A DNA stretch of 64,000 bases. Origin: Candidatus Hadarchaeota archaeon. Its GTDB lineage: Archaea > Hadarchaeota > Hadarchaeia > Hadarchaeales > JAWBSP01. Location: the NCBI GenBank assembly GCA_964474885.1, contig CAYYWO010000003.1, positions 32,001 through 96,000 on the forward strand. Reading direction: 5' to 3'. The notes under the pieces were generated by a model, which was given only the letters and a program-made list of their open reading frames with translations, made no database searches and was not told where the DNA came from. The position numbers and the translations under genes are program-made. Positions 1 to 8,684 of this stretch are shown here, in pieces (within the stretch, counting starts at the first letter, position 1; every line of letters starts with the position of its first letter).

Positions 1-409
1 CCTTTCTAAGTAGTGCCTTTCCCAGCTCCAGCTCCCCCGTGGAAAGTCTGACGGGGCCTTCCAGCATGCTCCTGAGGGCCTCCCTGTACTGCTCCCGGGT
101 GAGGAGCCCATCTACTACATGGATCTCGATGGGCTTCCACTCGGGTTTGGAGAGGAAGCTGAGGATCTGCTCGCATGCCCCGGGCGGGACAGCTATCACG
201 CTCTTGCCTAAAGCTAGGTGTGGTATGGTAGAAAGGAGACCTGGTACGTATGTTCTGTAAAGGCGATTCCCCCTGCGCTTGCTGGTGTAATACCCGAACA
301 GTTGCCTGTAAAACTTCACCTTCTTGGAGCCCTTTGCACCCAAGTCGAAGCTGATTATCTTGGCCCAGACCCCCTTCTTTCTAGTGGAACTACCTTCATC
401 CTTTAGCAT
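1..409 (-). CDS. Hypothetical protein, Cas2/VapD-like ferredoxin fold suspected (runs off the window edge)
   Basis: Manual translation from ATG 409: MLKDEGSSTRKKGVWAKIISFDLGAKGSKKVKFYRQLFGYYTSKRRGNRLYRTYVPGLLSTIPHLALGKSVIAVPP..., open to base 1; not in the ORF track. The IISFD strand, following helix and GKSVI motif resemble Cas2-type proteins. Confidence 0.6.
   Translation of the reverse strand, partial: MLKDEGSSTRKKGVWAKIISFDLGAKGSKKVKFYRQLFGYYTSKRRGNRLYRTYVPGLLSTIPHLALGKSVIAVPPGACEQILSFLSKPEWKPIEIHVVDGLLTREQYREALRSMLEGPVRLSTGELELGKALLRK
370..390 (-). promoter_or_regulatory. ORB-like element (Orc1/Cdc6 binding site)
   Basis: Minus strand GTTCCACTAGAAAGAAGGGGG fits the archaeal ORB pattern TTCCAnTnGAAA plus G-string. 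Confidence 0.6.
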
Positions 410-411
410 GC

Positions 412-435
412 TGTCTGTTACTATAGTAACAGACA
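412..435. repeat. 24-bp palindrome, copy 1
   Basis: TGTCTGTTACTATAGTAACAGACA, perfect dyad. Confidence 0.95.
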
Positions 436-464
436 CCTTAATAACTTGGTTGAGTTTTTCTTAG

Positions 465-485
465 CTTCCAGTTGAAACTAGGGGG
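465..485 (+). promoter_or_regulatory. ORB-like element
   Basis: CTTCCAGTTGAAACTAGGGGG; 16/21 identical to the inverted copy at 370-390; overlaps the tyrS stop codon. Confidence 0.6.
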
Positions 486-1518
486 TTCCTTTCACCCAAC
501 TGCTGACCTGCCCAAGCAATTCAGCTGCCCGCTTGTTTCTCTCGAAATGCGCTCTGACAGGCTCAATCAGTCTGTCTAAGTACTCGGCGCATGCGAGCTT
601 CAGATCGAGCGGGTGTATTTGTCCATCCCTGTAGGCCTGCTCGAGCTCTCCAAAGTGCGTGAAGGTCTCCCAGTTACCTCCCCTAAGTCTGACCCTGAAC
701 TCTTGGAACTCCTCGAACACTAGGTGCCTGATGTAGTCCATGATCGGATTGTTTGGGTCCCGCTGGGGGCAGTAGGCCCTCCTCAGCTTCCGCTCGATCT
801 CCTGCTTGGAGTCGTGCACGAAGATACAGGTCTCTGGCCTGCTCTTGCTCATCTTCTCCTCCGAGGTTCTCCCCATGAGCCCCATCAGCATGTGGTGGTG
901 GATGGCGACAGGTTTGGGTTTCCCTATTTTGGGCGCTACCTCCCTAGCCAGCATGTTCGCCCTCCGTTGATCCATGCCCAGCTGGCAGACCTGAACGCCC
1001 AGGTAAAAGATGTCCGCCACTTGCATACTGGGGTAGAAGATCCAAGCGGTAGGATTGTGCAGGCTCTCCCCCCTTCCCGCGATGGTGAGGGCCCTGAGGC
1101 TCCTGGAGAGAGTGTGGTGCTTGGCTATGTTGAGGACGAGCCTCCAATACTCGGGATCCCTGACCAAGTCGGAGGACCAGACTATTTCCACTCTGTCCAG
1201 AGGGACGCCTGCGGCCTTCCAGACCTCGATCAGGTATTTCCCTACGGTCCTTATCTTTTCTAGATCCCCCCCCACCTTGTCGTTTATCCAAGCGAACCAG
1301 TCCGCAAGCAGTAGTTTGAACCTGAAGCCGGCCTGCAGGAAGCGCCGGAGCGTCAGGGGCCTGTAAATGCCGAAGGGGAGGTGGGCTAGGCCTGAGGGCT
1401 CGAAGCCGTCGTAGGCAAGGGGGGACTCCTCGGTCTCCAGCAGGCTCCTGAGCTCCTCCTCCGTTACGATCTCCTCGGCCACACGTTTGACCAGCTGGAG
1501 CTTGGTTTCAACGTCCAC
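478..1518 (-). CDS. tyrS: Tyrosine--tRNA ligase (archaeal type)
   Basis: AYDGFEPSG, YPSMQVADI, GMDQR and KMSKS motifs. Confidence 0.95.
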   Translation of the reverse strand: MDVETKLQLVKRVAEEIVTEEELRSLLETEESPLAYDGFEPSGLAHLPFGIYRPLTLRRFLQAGFRFKLLLADWFAWINDKVGGDLEKIRTVGKYLIEVWKAAGVPLDRVEIVWSSDLVRDPEYWRLVLNIAKHHTLSRSLRALTIAGRGESLHNPTAWIFYPSMQVADIFYLGVQVCQLGMDQRRANMLAREVAPKIGKPKPVAIHHHMLMGLMGRTSEEKMSKSRPETCIFVHDSKQEIERKLRRAYCPQRDPNNPIMDYIRHLVFEEFQEFRVRLRGGNWETFTHFGELEQAYRDGQIHPLDLKLACAEYLDRLIEPVRAHFERNKRAAELLGQVSSWVKGTP

Positions 1519-1996
1519 CTTTCAGCCTCTCCGCCAGCTGGGCGACCTTCCTGCCCAGGCCCCGGCACTCCTTCTCCGCCTGCTCGTCCGGCGCCCCGTT
1601 AGCAGCCGCCCCGAAGTGCCCGCCGGTTGAGAGAGGATCCCCGCACACCACCATGCCGTGCACGAGCAGGGAGTGAAGGATAGAGAGCATGGTAGTCTCT
1701 CTTCCTCCTGCCCTGTGTCTGGAGGAGCAGAATGCTGCACCTACTTTCCCCTCCAGCTTCCCCCTCACCCTTATGGATTCGTCGAGGAACTTCTTCACCT
1801 CTGCCGCAGGTCCGGCGAAGTAAGCCGGGCTGCCTATGATGACCCCATCGGCTTCCAAGAGCTCCTCGACCCTCGCCTCCCTGACATCCTTCAGAACGAC
1901 TTCGGCCCCGGCCTCCCTAGCTCCCCTAGCTACCTCCTCAGCCATCCGCTTCGTGTTCCCGGTTCTCGAGTAGTAAAGGACGAGTATCCTAGCCAT
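1508..1996 (-). CDS. Flavodoxin/WrbA-like NAD(P)H oxidoreductase
   Basis: YYSRTGNT FMN loop, GSPAYF, GKVGAAF, GGRETT. Confidence 0.85.
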   Translation of the reverse strand: MARILVLYYSRTGNTKRMAEEVARGAREAGAEVVLKDVREARVEELLEADGVIIGSPAYFAGPAAEVKKFLDESIRVRGKLEGKVGAAFCSSRHRAGGRETTMLSILHSLLVHGMVVCGDPLSTGGHFGAAANGAPDEQAEKECRGLGRKVAQLAERLKGGR

Positions 1997-2032
1997 CTAT
2001 TCAGTTTTCCCAATTTCAAAAATCAGGCCGAG

Positions 2033-2056
2033 TGTCTGTTACCATGGTAACAGACA
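2033..2056. repeat. 24-bp palindrome, copy 2
   Basis: TGTCTGTTACCATGGTAACAGACA, perfect dyad between divergent genes. Confidence 0.95.
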
Positions 2057-2091
2057 AACCTCAACGGGTTAAAACGTGTTCGAAAGATTAG

Positions 2092-2580
2092 ATGGAGGCA
2101 AAGCCGATAATAGCCCTTACTCTGATCTGTGCCCTCTGGGGGATGGTTCTAGGTTTTGTGCACCAGCTGACCGAGGCGAAGATCAAGGAGGCCGAGCAGA
2201 AGGAGAAGGAGAAGCAGTTGCTTCAGATCTTCCCCGGCTGCACCTTCGAGGAGGAGAACGGCATATACTACTGCTATTCCGAGAACCAGCTGGTCGGGAA
2301 GGCCGTGGAGGTGCAGGTGAGGGGTTATGGGGGGCCCATGAAGGTATTAGTAGGCATCAGGATAGACAACACGATTCAGGGGGTTCGGGTGCTCTCTCAT
2401 AATGAGACGAGAGGAATAGGGACGAAAGCCACGGATCCTGAGTACCTCGCCCAGTACGAGGGGCTGGCATACGAGCAACTGGCGTTCAGACCGGAGGGGG
2501 AGGTGGAGGCGATAACAGGAGCTACGATAACCTCAACCGCCATCCTGCAGGCCGTGAGGGAGGCGATGCAGCATGCCTGA
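2092..2580 (+). CDS. rnfG: Rnf complex subunit G
   Basis: N-terminal TM helix, GYGGPM, HNETRGIG, ITGATITS covalent FMN motif. Confidence 0.9.
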   Translation: MEAKPIIALTLICALWGMVLGFVHQLTEAKIKEAEQKEKEKQLLQIFPGCTFEEENGIYYCYSENQLVGKAVEVQVRGYGGPMKVLVGIRIDNTIQGVRVLSHNETRGIGTKATDPEYLAQYEGLAYEQLAFRPEGEVEAITGATITSTAILQAVREAMQHA

Positions 2581-3166
2581 GCTGGGTTGGGAGCTGAAGA
2601 AGGGGCTGGCGAAGAAGAACCCGATCTTCATGCTAATGCTCGGGCTCTGCCCCTTCCTGGCGATTTCCACCTCCGTTGAGAACGCCCTGGGCATGTCTGC
2701 GGCCTTCTCCTTCGTCCTCTTGGGCTCATGCCTGCTCGTCTCCTGCATCAGGAGGTGGGTGCCGAGGAACGTGCGCATCCCGATCTTTGTCGTCATTATT
2801 TCGGGCTTCGTGACGGTCACGGAGCTCCTGGTGAGGGCTTACTCCCCCACCCTCAGGGAGCGCTTGGGCATCTTCCTCCCCCTGATCACGGTCAACTGTA
2901 TAGTGCTGGGGAGGATAGAGGCCTTCGCCTCCAGGCGGTCCCCCCTCGAGACGGTGGCGGATGCCCTAGGCATGGCGGGGGGCTTCTGCCTGGCCATAAC
3001 CTCGGTGGCTCTCATCCGGGAGCTGGTGGGGACGGGAGGGATCAGCTTCTTCGGGCATACTTGGACCCTGCTAGCCCAGTCCATCTACGGCTTCCAGCTC
3101 TCCCCGGGAGGGTTCATTGTTATGGGTGTGATACTGGCTGCACTCAAGAAGAAGGGGGTGATATGA
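2573..3166 (+). CDS. rnfE: Rnf complex subunit E
   Basis: NPIFMLMLGLCPFLA, LPLITVNCIVLGRIEAFA, IRELVGTG. Confidence 0.92.
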   Translation: MPELGWELKKGLAKKNPIFMLMLGLCPFLAISTSVENALGMSAAFSFVLLGSCLLVSCIRRWVPRNVRIPIFVVIISGFVTVTELLVRAYSPTLRERLGIFLPLITVNCIVLGRIEAFASRRSPLETVADALGMAGGFCLAITSVALIRELVGTGGISFFGHTWTLLAQSIYGFQLSPGGFIVMGVILAALKKKGVI

Positions 3167-3741
3167 TGGAGAACCTGCTGAGCATCTTCCTAACTTCCAT
3201 GCTGATAAACAACATCGTGCTCACGCGCTACATAGGCCTCTGCCCATTCTTCGGCATCTCCAGAAATCTCGCGAACTCGGGCATGATGGGCCTGGCTGTC
3301 ACCTTCGTCATGCTGGGCTCCTGCACGGTCACCTGGTTTGTGAATCAGTTCCTCCTCGCTCCTTTTGGTGTTCAGTACATGCGCATAGTGGCCTTTATTC
3401 TCGTCATAGCCTCCTTCGTGCAGCTGGTGGAGATAATCATGCGGAAAGCCCTCCCCAAGTTTTACTCTGCTTTTGGAATATACCTGCCCCTCATAACCAC
3501 CAACTGTGCTATTCTAGCGGTCAACCTGATAAACTTCGACGAGGCGTACTCCCTGCCTGCCTCCTTGGTGAATGCCCTCGGGACGGGTTTAGGGTTCATG
3601 CTCGCCATATGCCTGCTTGCAGGCCTGAGGGAGAGGCTGGAGTCCGAGGAGCTCCCGCGCTCCATGCGGGGGGCACCTATAGCCTTCATCTCGGCTGGCC
3701 TCCTCGCCCTCGCCTTCCAAGGATTCGTGGGAATAGGATGA
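3163..3741 (+). CDS. rnfA: Rnf complex subunit A
   Basis: NNIVLTRYIGLCPF, LPLITTNCAIL, LRERLE; ATG overlaps the rnfE stop. Confidence 0.92.
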   Translation: MMENLLSIFLTSMLINNIVLTRYIGLCPFFGISRNLANSGMMGLAVTFVMLGSCTVTWFVNQFLLAPFGVQYMRIVAFILVIASFVQLVEIIMRKALPKFYSAFGIYLPLITTNCAILAVNLINFDEAYSLPASLVNALGTGLGFMLAICLLAGLRERLESEELPRSMRGAPIAFISAGLLALAFQGFVGIG

Positions 3742-4511
3742 TAGGTGAACTCCTGACGCTGTCCTTGGTGGGGCTGGGGTTTGGGGCCCTCCTGAGCTGG
3801 GCTTCCTCTAGGTTCGCCGTTCAGGTGGACGAGCGCGTGGAGGAGGTGAAGAGCATGCTCCCGGGAGCCAACTGTGGGGCATGCGGGTTCAGGGGGTGTG
3901 AGGATTACGCCAAAGCACTAGTTGCAAACCCGAAGCTAATAGACAGGTGCAGAATTCTTACGCCATCGGAAAGGAAGCGCCTGGCCTCCTATCTAGGGAT
4001 AGAGACGGGGGAGGTGGAGTGGACAGTGGCGGTTCCTCTCTGCTCCGGGAAGAGCAAGAGGAGGTTCGAATACGTGGGGGAGCGCAGCTGCTTGTCCGCT
4101 TCCCTTTTGGAAGAAGGGCCCACCGCATGCAAGTATGCATGTCTTGGATTCGGGGACTGTGAGAGAGCATGCCCGTTCGAGGCCATAAAGATGGTGGACG
4201 GACTTCCACAAGTGGACTGGGAGAAGTGCAAGGGCTGCGGGCTCTGCGTCCAGGCCTGTCCCAGAGGAGTGATGAAGTTGCTACCTAGGAATGCCGCAGT
4301 GGTGGTGAGGTGCAACTCTCCGGAAATTGGGAAAGTGGTAGTGACAAGCTGTGACAATGGATGCATCAAGTGCAGGCTGTGCGAGAGGAACTGTCCAACT
4401 GGTGCGATAAAAGTTACCGACAAGGTCACGATCGACTACTCAATCTGCAACGCGTGCATGAAATGTGTTGAAGCCTGCCCCAGAAAGATCATCCAACCCC
4501 TCAAGGGCTGA
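3738..4511 (+). CDS. rnfB: Rnf complex subunit B (polyferredoxin)
   Basis: LPGANCGACGFRGC plus several CxxCxxCxxxCP motifs; ATG at 3738. Confidence 0.92.
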   Translation: MIGELLTLSLVGLGFGALLSWASSRFAVQVDERVEEVKSMLPGANCGACGFRGCEDYAKALVANPKLIDRCRILTPSERKRLASYLGIETGEVEWTVAVPLCSGKSKRRFEYVGERSCLSASLLEEGPTACKYACLGFGDCERACPFEAIKMVDGLPQVDWEKCKGCGLCVQACPRGVMKLLPRNAAVVVRCNSPEIGKVVVTSCDNGCIKCRLCERNCPTGAIKVTDKVTIDYSICNACMKCVEACPRKIIQPLKG

Positions 4512-4526
4512 TAGTTTCACCTGATG

Positions 4527-4550
4527 TGTCTGTTACTATGGTAACAGACA
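4527..4550. repeat. 24-bp palindrome, copy 3
   Basis: TGTCTGTTACTATGGTAACAGACA between convergent rnfB and pyrG. Confidence 0.95.
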
Positions 4551-4608
4551 ACGAGGTCGTGACATCTCCGAGTTTTTTAAATTTTCACTTTGGGACTTTA
4601 CAAACTGC

Positions 4609-4632
4609 TTTCTGTTACCATGGTAACAGACA
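4609..4632. repeat. 24-bp palindrome, copy 4
   Basis: TTTCTGTTACCATGGTAACAGACA; dyad extends to ACTGC/GCAGT (4604-4637). Confidence 0.93.
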
Positions 4633-4645
4633 GCAGTCAGAGATT

Positions 4646-6244
4646 TCAGCTCTTTTTGTGTTCTAGGCAGCTCTGGAGGAAAGCAACGAAAACTGGGGAA
4701 GGCTTTTCGAGTCTGGAGGTAAACTCGGGGTGGAACTGGGTACCCAGAAAGAAGGGATGATTGGGGAGCTCTAAAATCTCCATCCTCCTGCCATCGGGGG
4801 ATGTGCCCGAGAATTTCAGCCCGGCGGACTCGATCCTGGGGATGTAGGAGGGATTCACCTCATACCGGTGCCTGTGCCTTTCCCTTATGAGTTCCGAACC
4901 GTAGATGCGATGAGCTATAGTCCCTTTCTTGATCACGATCTCGTGGGCACCCAGCCTCATGGTCCCCCCCTTCTCCCTCACCTGTTTCTGCTCGGGTAGC
5001 AAGTCTATGACGGGATGGGGCGTGTTGGGGTCTATTTCGGTGCTGTTGGCATTCTTCAGCTTGAGGACGTTCCTAGCGAACTCCACGACGGCAAGCTGGA
5101 ATCCGAAGCACAGGCCTAGGAATGGCACCTTCCTCCTCCTGGCATACTTTATAGAGAGGATCTTCCCCTCGGTTCCCCTGCGACCGAAGCCTCCAGGGAC
5201 GAGAACGCCGTCGAAGGGATCGAGCAGGGAAAGCTCCCCAGCCTCCAGCCTCTCCGCCTCTATCCACCGAATGTCCACCCTCACCCCGAGGAAGGCGGCC
5301 GCGTGCTTGAGGGCCTCGTTGATGCTCAGGTAGGTGTCTGCGATCCTGACGTACTTCCCCACCATGGCTACCCTGATTTTCCTCCTCGCTTTTTTGACTT
5401 TCTCGACCAGCCTCCTCCACTCGGAGAGGTCGGAACTGCTGCCCCTGAGCCCCAGCCTCTCTAGGATTTTTTCGCCCAGCCCTTGGGCATCCAGCATGAG
5501 CGGGATCTCGTAAATGTTTTCAACGTCCACGTCCGAGAACACGGAGCCCTCGGGCACGTTGCAGAAGAGGGAGATCTTCCGCCTTGCCTCCTCCGTCAGA
5601 GGCTGTTTGCATCTGCATAGGATGAGATCGGGGGTGATGCCGGCTTCCCTGAGCTCCTTCACCGAGTGCTGGGTGGGCTTAGTCTTCTGCTCCCCAACTA
5701 CGTCCAGCGAGGGCACTAGGGTGACGTGGATGAAGATCACGTTGTTCGGTCCCTCCTCCAGTCTGAGCTGCCTGACGGCCTCTAGGAAGGGCATGGCCTC
5801 TATGTCCCCCACCGTCCCCCCGATCTCGACCAGGCAGACGTCTACGTCACAGGCCTTGGCGACACGTCTGATGCGGTTCTTGATGGCGTCCGTCACGTGG
5901 GGGATTATTTGTACAGTTTTTCCTAGATAGTCCCCCCTGCGCTCGGCTTGGATCACCTCCCAGTAGATCTGGCCGGTGGTTATGTTGTGCTCCTTCGTCA
6001 GGTTCTGGTTCAGGAAGCGCTCGTAGTGCCCCATGTCCTGATCTATCTCCCCCCCATCATCCGTCACGAAGATCTCCCCGTGCTCGAAGGGATTCATGGT
6101 TCCCGCATCCACGTTGAGATAGGGATCTATCTTAATGGCGGTAACTCGGAGACCCCTAGACTGCAGGATCTTCCCGATGGAGGCTGTGACTATCCCCTTT
6201 CCCAGCCCGCTTATAACACCGCCAGTTACTACCACGAATTTCAC
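4646..6244 (-). CDS. pyrG: CTP synthase
   Basis: [45 protein letters not shown]. Confidence 0.98.
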   Translation of the reverse strand: MKFVVVTGGVISGLGKGIVTASIGKILQSRGLRVTAIKIDPYLNVDAGTMNPFEHGEIFVTDDGGEIDQDMGHYERFLNQNLTKEHNITTGQIYWEVIQAERRGDYLGKTVQIIPHVTDAIKNRIRRVAKACDVDVCLVEIGGTVGDIEAMPFLEAVRQLRLEEGPNNVIFIHVTLVPSLDVVGEQKTKPTQHSVKELREAGITPDLILCRCKQPLTEEARRKISLFCNVPEGSVFSDVDVENIYEIPLMLDAQGLGEKILERLGLRGSSSDLSEWRRLVEKVKKARRKIRVAMVGKYVRIADTYLSINEALKHAAAFLGVRVDIRWIEAERLEAGELSLLDPFDGVLVPGGFGRRGTEGKILSIKYARRRKVPFLGLCFGFQLAVVEFARNVLKLKNANSTEIDPNTPHPVIDLLPEQKQVREKGGTMRLGAHEIVIKKGTIAHRIYGSELIRERHRHRYEVNPSYIPRIESAGLKFSGTSPDGRRMEILELPNHPFFLGTQFHPEFTSRLEKPSPVFVAFLQSCLEHKKS

Positions 6245-6436
6245 GGAAATCTAACCTAGGAGGTAACCTAATTAAAGGTTTCGTTACCCACGGTTATGGT
6301 CTTTCTAACAGTCCCTTTTCTTTTGTTCCCACCACGTCTTGTAGTTCATCTTTCTTTGAGTTCTCCCCATGCCTCCTTGTAGCTTCGGTACATCTTGAGG
6401 AAGATTCCCATAGGCTTAAAACCGCATACAGGCATT

Positions 6437-6460
6437 TGTCTGTTACCATGGTAACAGACA
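6437..6460. repeat. 24-bp palindrome, copy 5
   Basis: TGTCTGTTACCATGGTAACAGACA, perfect dyad inside the pyr cluster. Confidence 0.95.
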
Positions 6461-6466
6461 GCGGAT

Positions 6467-6617
6467 TTAGGCTTCGCCGAAGAATCTGCCCCGCTGAATG
6501 TTTTCTGCTATGGTCTTCAGGATGCACTGCTTGCGGCCCTTGTCGTACCACATGCAGTCCTCCCCCTTACATGGGCCCTTCGTGAGGGGGGCAGAAACCA
6601 GGCTGTTTATCCTTCAT
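6467..6617 (-). pseudogene. Small four-Cys protein with a frameshift in a homopolymer run
   Basis: Removing one base from the G6 run (6586-6591) gives MKDKQPGFCPLTKGPCKGEDCMWYDKGRKQCILKTIAENIQRGRFFGEA*; ATG overlaps the pyrD end. Confidence 0.55.
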
Positions 6618-7536
6618 GGGCCAGGCCTACAAGATCCTCCACCCGCCTGAAACTCTGCTCCTCGAGATATTTCCTCAGTCCCTCTTGGAGCTCCGGAAAG
6701 ATCCCGGGTCCCTTCAGGGCGACGGCGGAGCCCACCTGCACCGCCCTGGCGCCCGCCAGGAGGTATTCCACCGCATCCCTCCAGCAGGTGACCCCACCGC
6801 AGCCTATAAGGGGGATGGATAGCTCCTCGTACATTTCGTACACGCAGCGGAGGGAGACGGGCTTCAGGGCGGGCCCGGACATCCCCCCGAACTTGTTCGA
6901 GAGGATGGGCCTCCGGGAGCTGGGATCGATGAGCATGGAGCGGAGGGTGTTCAGCAGGACGAGGGCATCCGCCCCCTCCTCCTCCGCCCTCCTGCCGCAC
7001 TCGAGCAGGGAGTCGCAAAGCCCCAGCTTCACCCACATGGGCAGCTCCGTTTTTGACCTCACGCACCTCACGATCCTCGCCACTATTTCAGGGTCCGAGC
7101 CCAGCTCCAGCCCTCTCTTTTCAGCATGGGGGCAGGAGAGGTTGAGCTCGACCCCGGAGACCCTGAACCCGTTCACGAGCTCGGCCATTCGCGAGAACTC
7201 CTCCTCGCTCGAGCCGGCCAGGCTAACTATGACGGGCACGTTGGCTTTCAAAAGCTCGGGCAGCTCCTGCTTCAAGTACGTCTCGCAACCAGGGTTCGCC
7301 AGCCCCAGGGCGTTCAGGAGCCCCCCCTCGAAGCCCACGATAACGGGGGTCGGATATCCTTCCTTGGGTTCTAGGGTGAGGCTCTTTGTGACCACAGCAC
7401 CCGCGCCGCTCTCATAAGCCTTCCGGAGCAGGGAGCCGTAGGAAAGGATACCGGAGGCGAGTATGAAGGGATTCCTGAGCCTCAGCTTCCCCACGCGGAC
7501 CTCTAGACTCACAGGAACTTTAAGTTCTTTCCCCAT
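6607..7536 (-). CDS. pyrD: Dihydroorotate dehydrogenase, family 1 catalytic subunit
   Basis: NPFILASG, VTKS, ELNLSCPH, GGMSGPALKP. Confidence 0.95.
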   Translation of the reverse strand: MGKELKVPVSLEVRVGKLRLRNPFILASGILSYGSLLRKAYESGAGAVVTKSLTLEPKEGYPTPVIVGFEGGLLNALGLANPGCETYLKQELPELLKANVPVIVSLAGSSEEEFSRMAELVNGFRVSGVELNLSCPHAEKRGLELGSDPEIVARIVRCVRSKTELPMWVKLGLCDSLLECGRRAEEEGADALVLLNTLRSMLIDPSSRRPILSNKFGGMSGPALKPVSLRCVYEMYEELSIPLIGCGGVTCWRDAVEYLLAGARAVQVGSAVALKGPGIFPELQEGLRKYLEEQSFRRVEDLVGLAHEG

Positions 7537-8684
7537 CCGGGCTCACCAACAACTTCCTCTTCTAGCATAACAGGTTTTCCCCGGACGAAGGTTGCGACGG
7601 GCAGGCCCCTCACCTTCCACCCCTCGAAAGGAGACAATTTGCTCTTGCTCCGGAACTCCTCAGGCCTGATCACGCTCTCCGCCTTGAGGTCCACAACGGT
7701 GAAGCTCGCGTACTTCCCTTCCTCCAGGCTGCCCAGCCTCTTCAGCCCCAGGATCCTGGCAGGCTGCTCGGCCATGGCGCTTACCAGCCTCTCTAGGCTC
7801 AGCTCCCCCTTGTTCACCAGGGTGAGCAGGAGCGGGAGGGAAGTCTCGAGCCCTGGGAAGCCCGCCGCACCCTCCGCCTTCTCCTCGGGCAGATGGGGGG
7901 CATGGTCGGATGAGATGGCCTGGATGCCCCCCCGCCTGACCGCCTGAAGCAGGTACTCTGAGTCCTCCCTCCCCTTGATCGAGGGGTGGACTTTGGAATG
8001 GGGAGGGGAGCTCCCGCCCAAGAGCAGGTAGTGCGGACAGGTGTCGCAGGTAGCACCCCTGATCTGAGAGTGGCCGGCCCTAGAGGAGACGTGGGTTATG
8101 TGCAGCCTCCTCAGACCCAGCCCGCAGATCTCCCGGATGGCGTGGGCCTCGGCTTCGGGCGTCTCCCCGAGGGAGGGGTCCTCCGCGTGCACGACGGTGA
8201 GCATGCCGTGACCTTCCGCGTACTCGATGGACCTCAGAGTCTTCTCCCTCTGCCCGCTGTAGTACTCTTGGGGCATGAAGACTTTGAGGCCTAGGGCTAG
8301 TTTTTCGGTCCCCTCCAGCCTCCCCACGCCCACGTAAAAACCGTAGTCCACCAGGGCCTTCTGCCTGGCGATTTCCTCCCTCCACTTCAGAACCTCGAGC
8401 GAGTCCACTCTGGGCTTGGTGTTGGGCATGTCCGCAACGGCCACGAAGCCCCCAGCCGCGGCGGCGGAGGTCCCCGATTTGATGTCCTCCTTATAGGACA
8501 GGTCGAAATCCCTCAGGTGCACGTGCATGTCGATGAGCCCGGGTAGCACGAGCTTCCCCCCGAAATCGTACGTCTGGGGATCCCTCTCCCCCAGCCTGGA
8601 AATCCTGACTATGCGCTCCCCCTCGACCTTCATGCACCCCTCGATCAAACCCCTAGGCGTCAGGAGCCTGCCCTTAACCAACAA
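7509..8684 (-). CDS. pyrC: Dihydroorotase
   Basis: PGLIDMHVHLRD, DMPNTKP, SDHAPH; pyr operon context. Confidence 0.92.
   Translation of the reverse strand: MLVKGRLLTPRGLIEGCMKVEGERIVRISRLGERDPQTYDFGGKLVLPGLIDMHVHLRDFDLSYKEDIKSGTSAAAAGGFVAVADMPNTKPRVDSLEVLKWREEIARQKALVDYGFYVGVGRLEGTEKLALGLKVFMPQEYYSGQREKTLRSIEYAEGHGMLTVVHAEDPSLGETPEAEAHAIREICGLGLRRLHITHVSSRAGHSQIRGATCDTCPHYLLLGGSSPPHSKVHPSIKGREDSEYLLQAVRRGGIQAISSDHAPHLPEEKAEGAAGFPGLETSLPLLLTLVNKGELSLERLVSAMAEQPARILGLKRLGSLEEGKYASFTVVDLKAESVIRPEEFRSKSKLSPFEGWKVRGLPVATFVRGKPVMLEEEVVGEPGWGKNLKFL

Noticed and set aside
1366-1410. TyrRS HIGH motif reading HLPF as a sign of altered function
   Set aside because: This motif varies among archaeal TyrRS, and the tyrosine-pocket and KMSKS motifs are intact
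2044-2091. 15-codon uORF from the palindrome ATG ending right before rnfG
   Set aside because: It overlaps the likely TATA region (TTAAAA 2069-2074), so it is probably not transcribed; chance product of the palindrome
2728-3741. ORF-track N-terminal extensions (rnfA, rnfB, pyrE, pyrF, GH51, MMPL, rps3, thioredoxin) as fusions
   Set aside because: The extensions overlap neighbouring genes or RNAs; downstream starts match family N-termini
412-6460. 24-bp palindromes as CRISPR repeats or IS terminal inverted repeats
   Set aside because: Irregular kb-scale spacing, self-complementary units, no transposase and no target duplications seen
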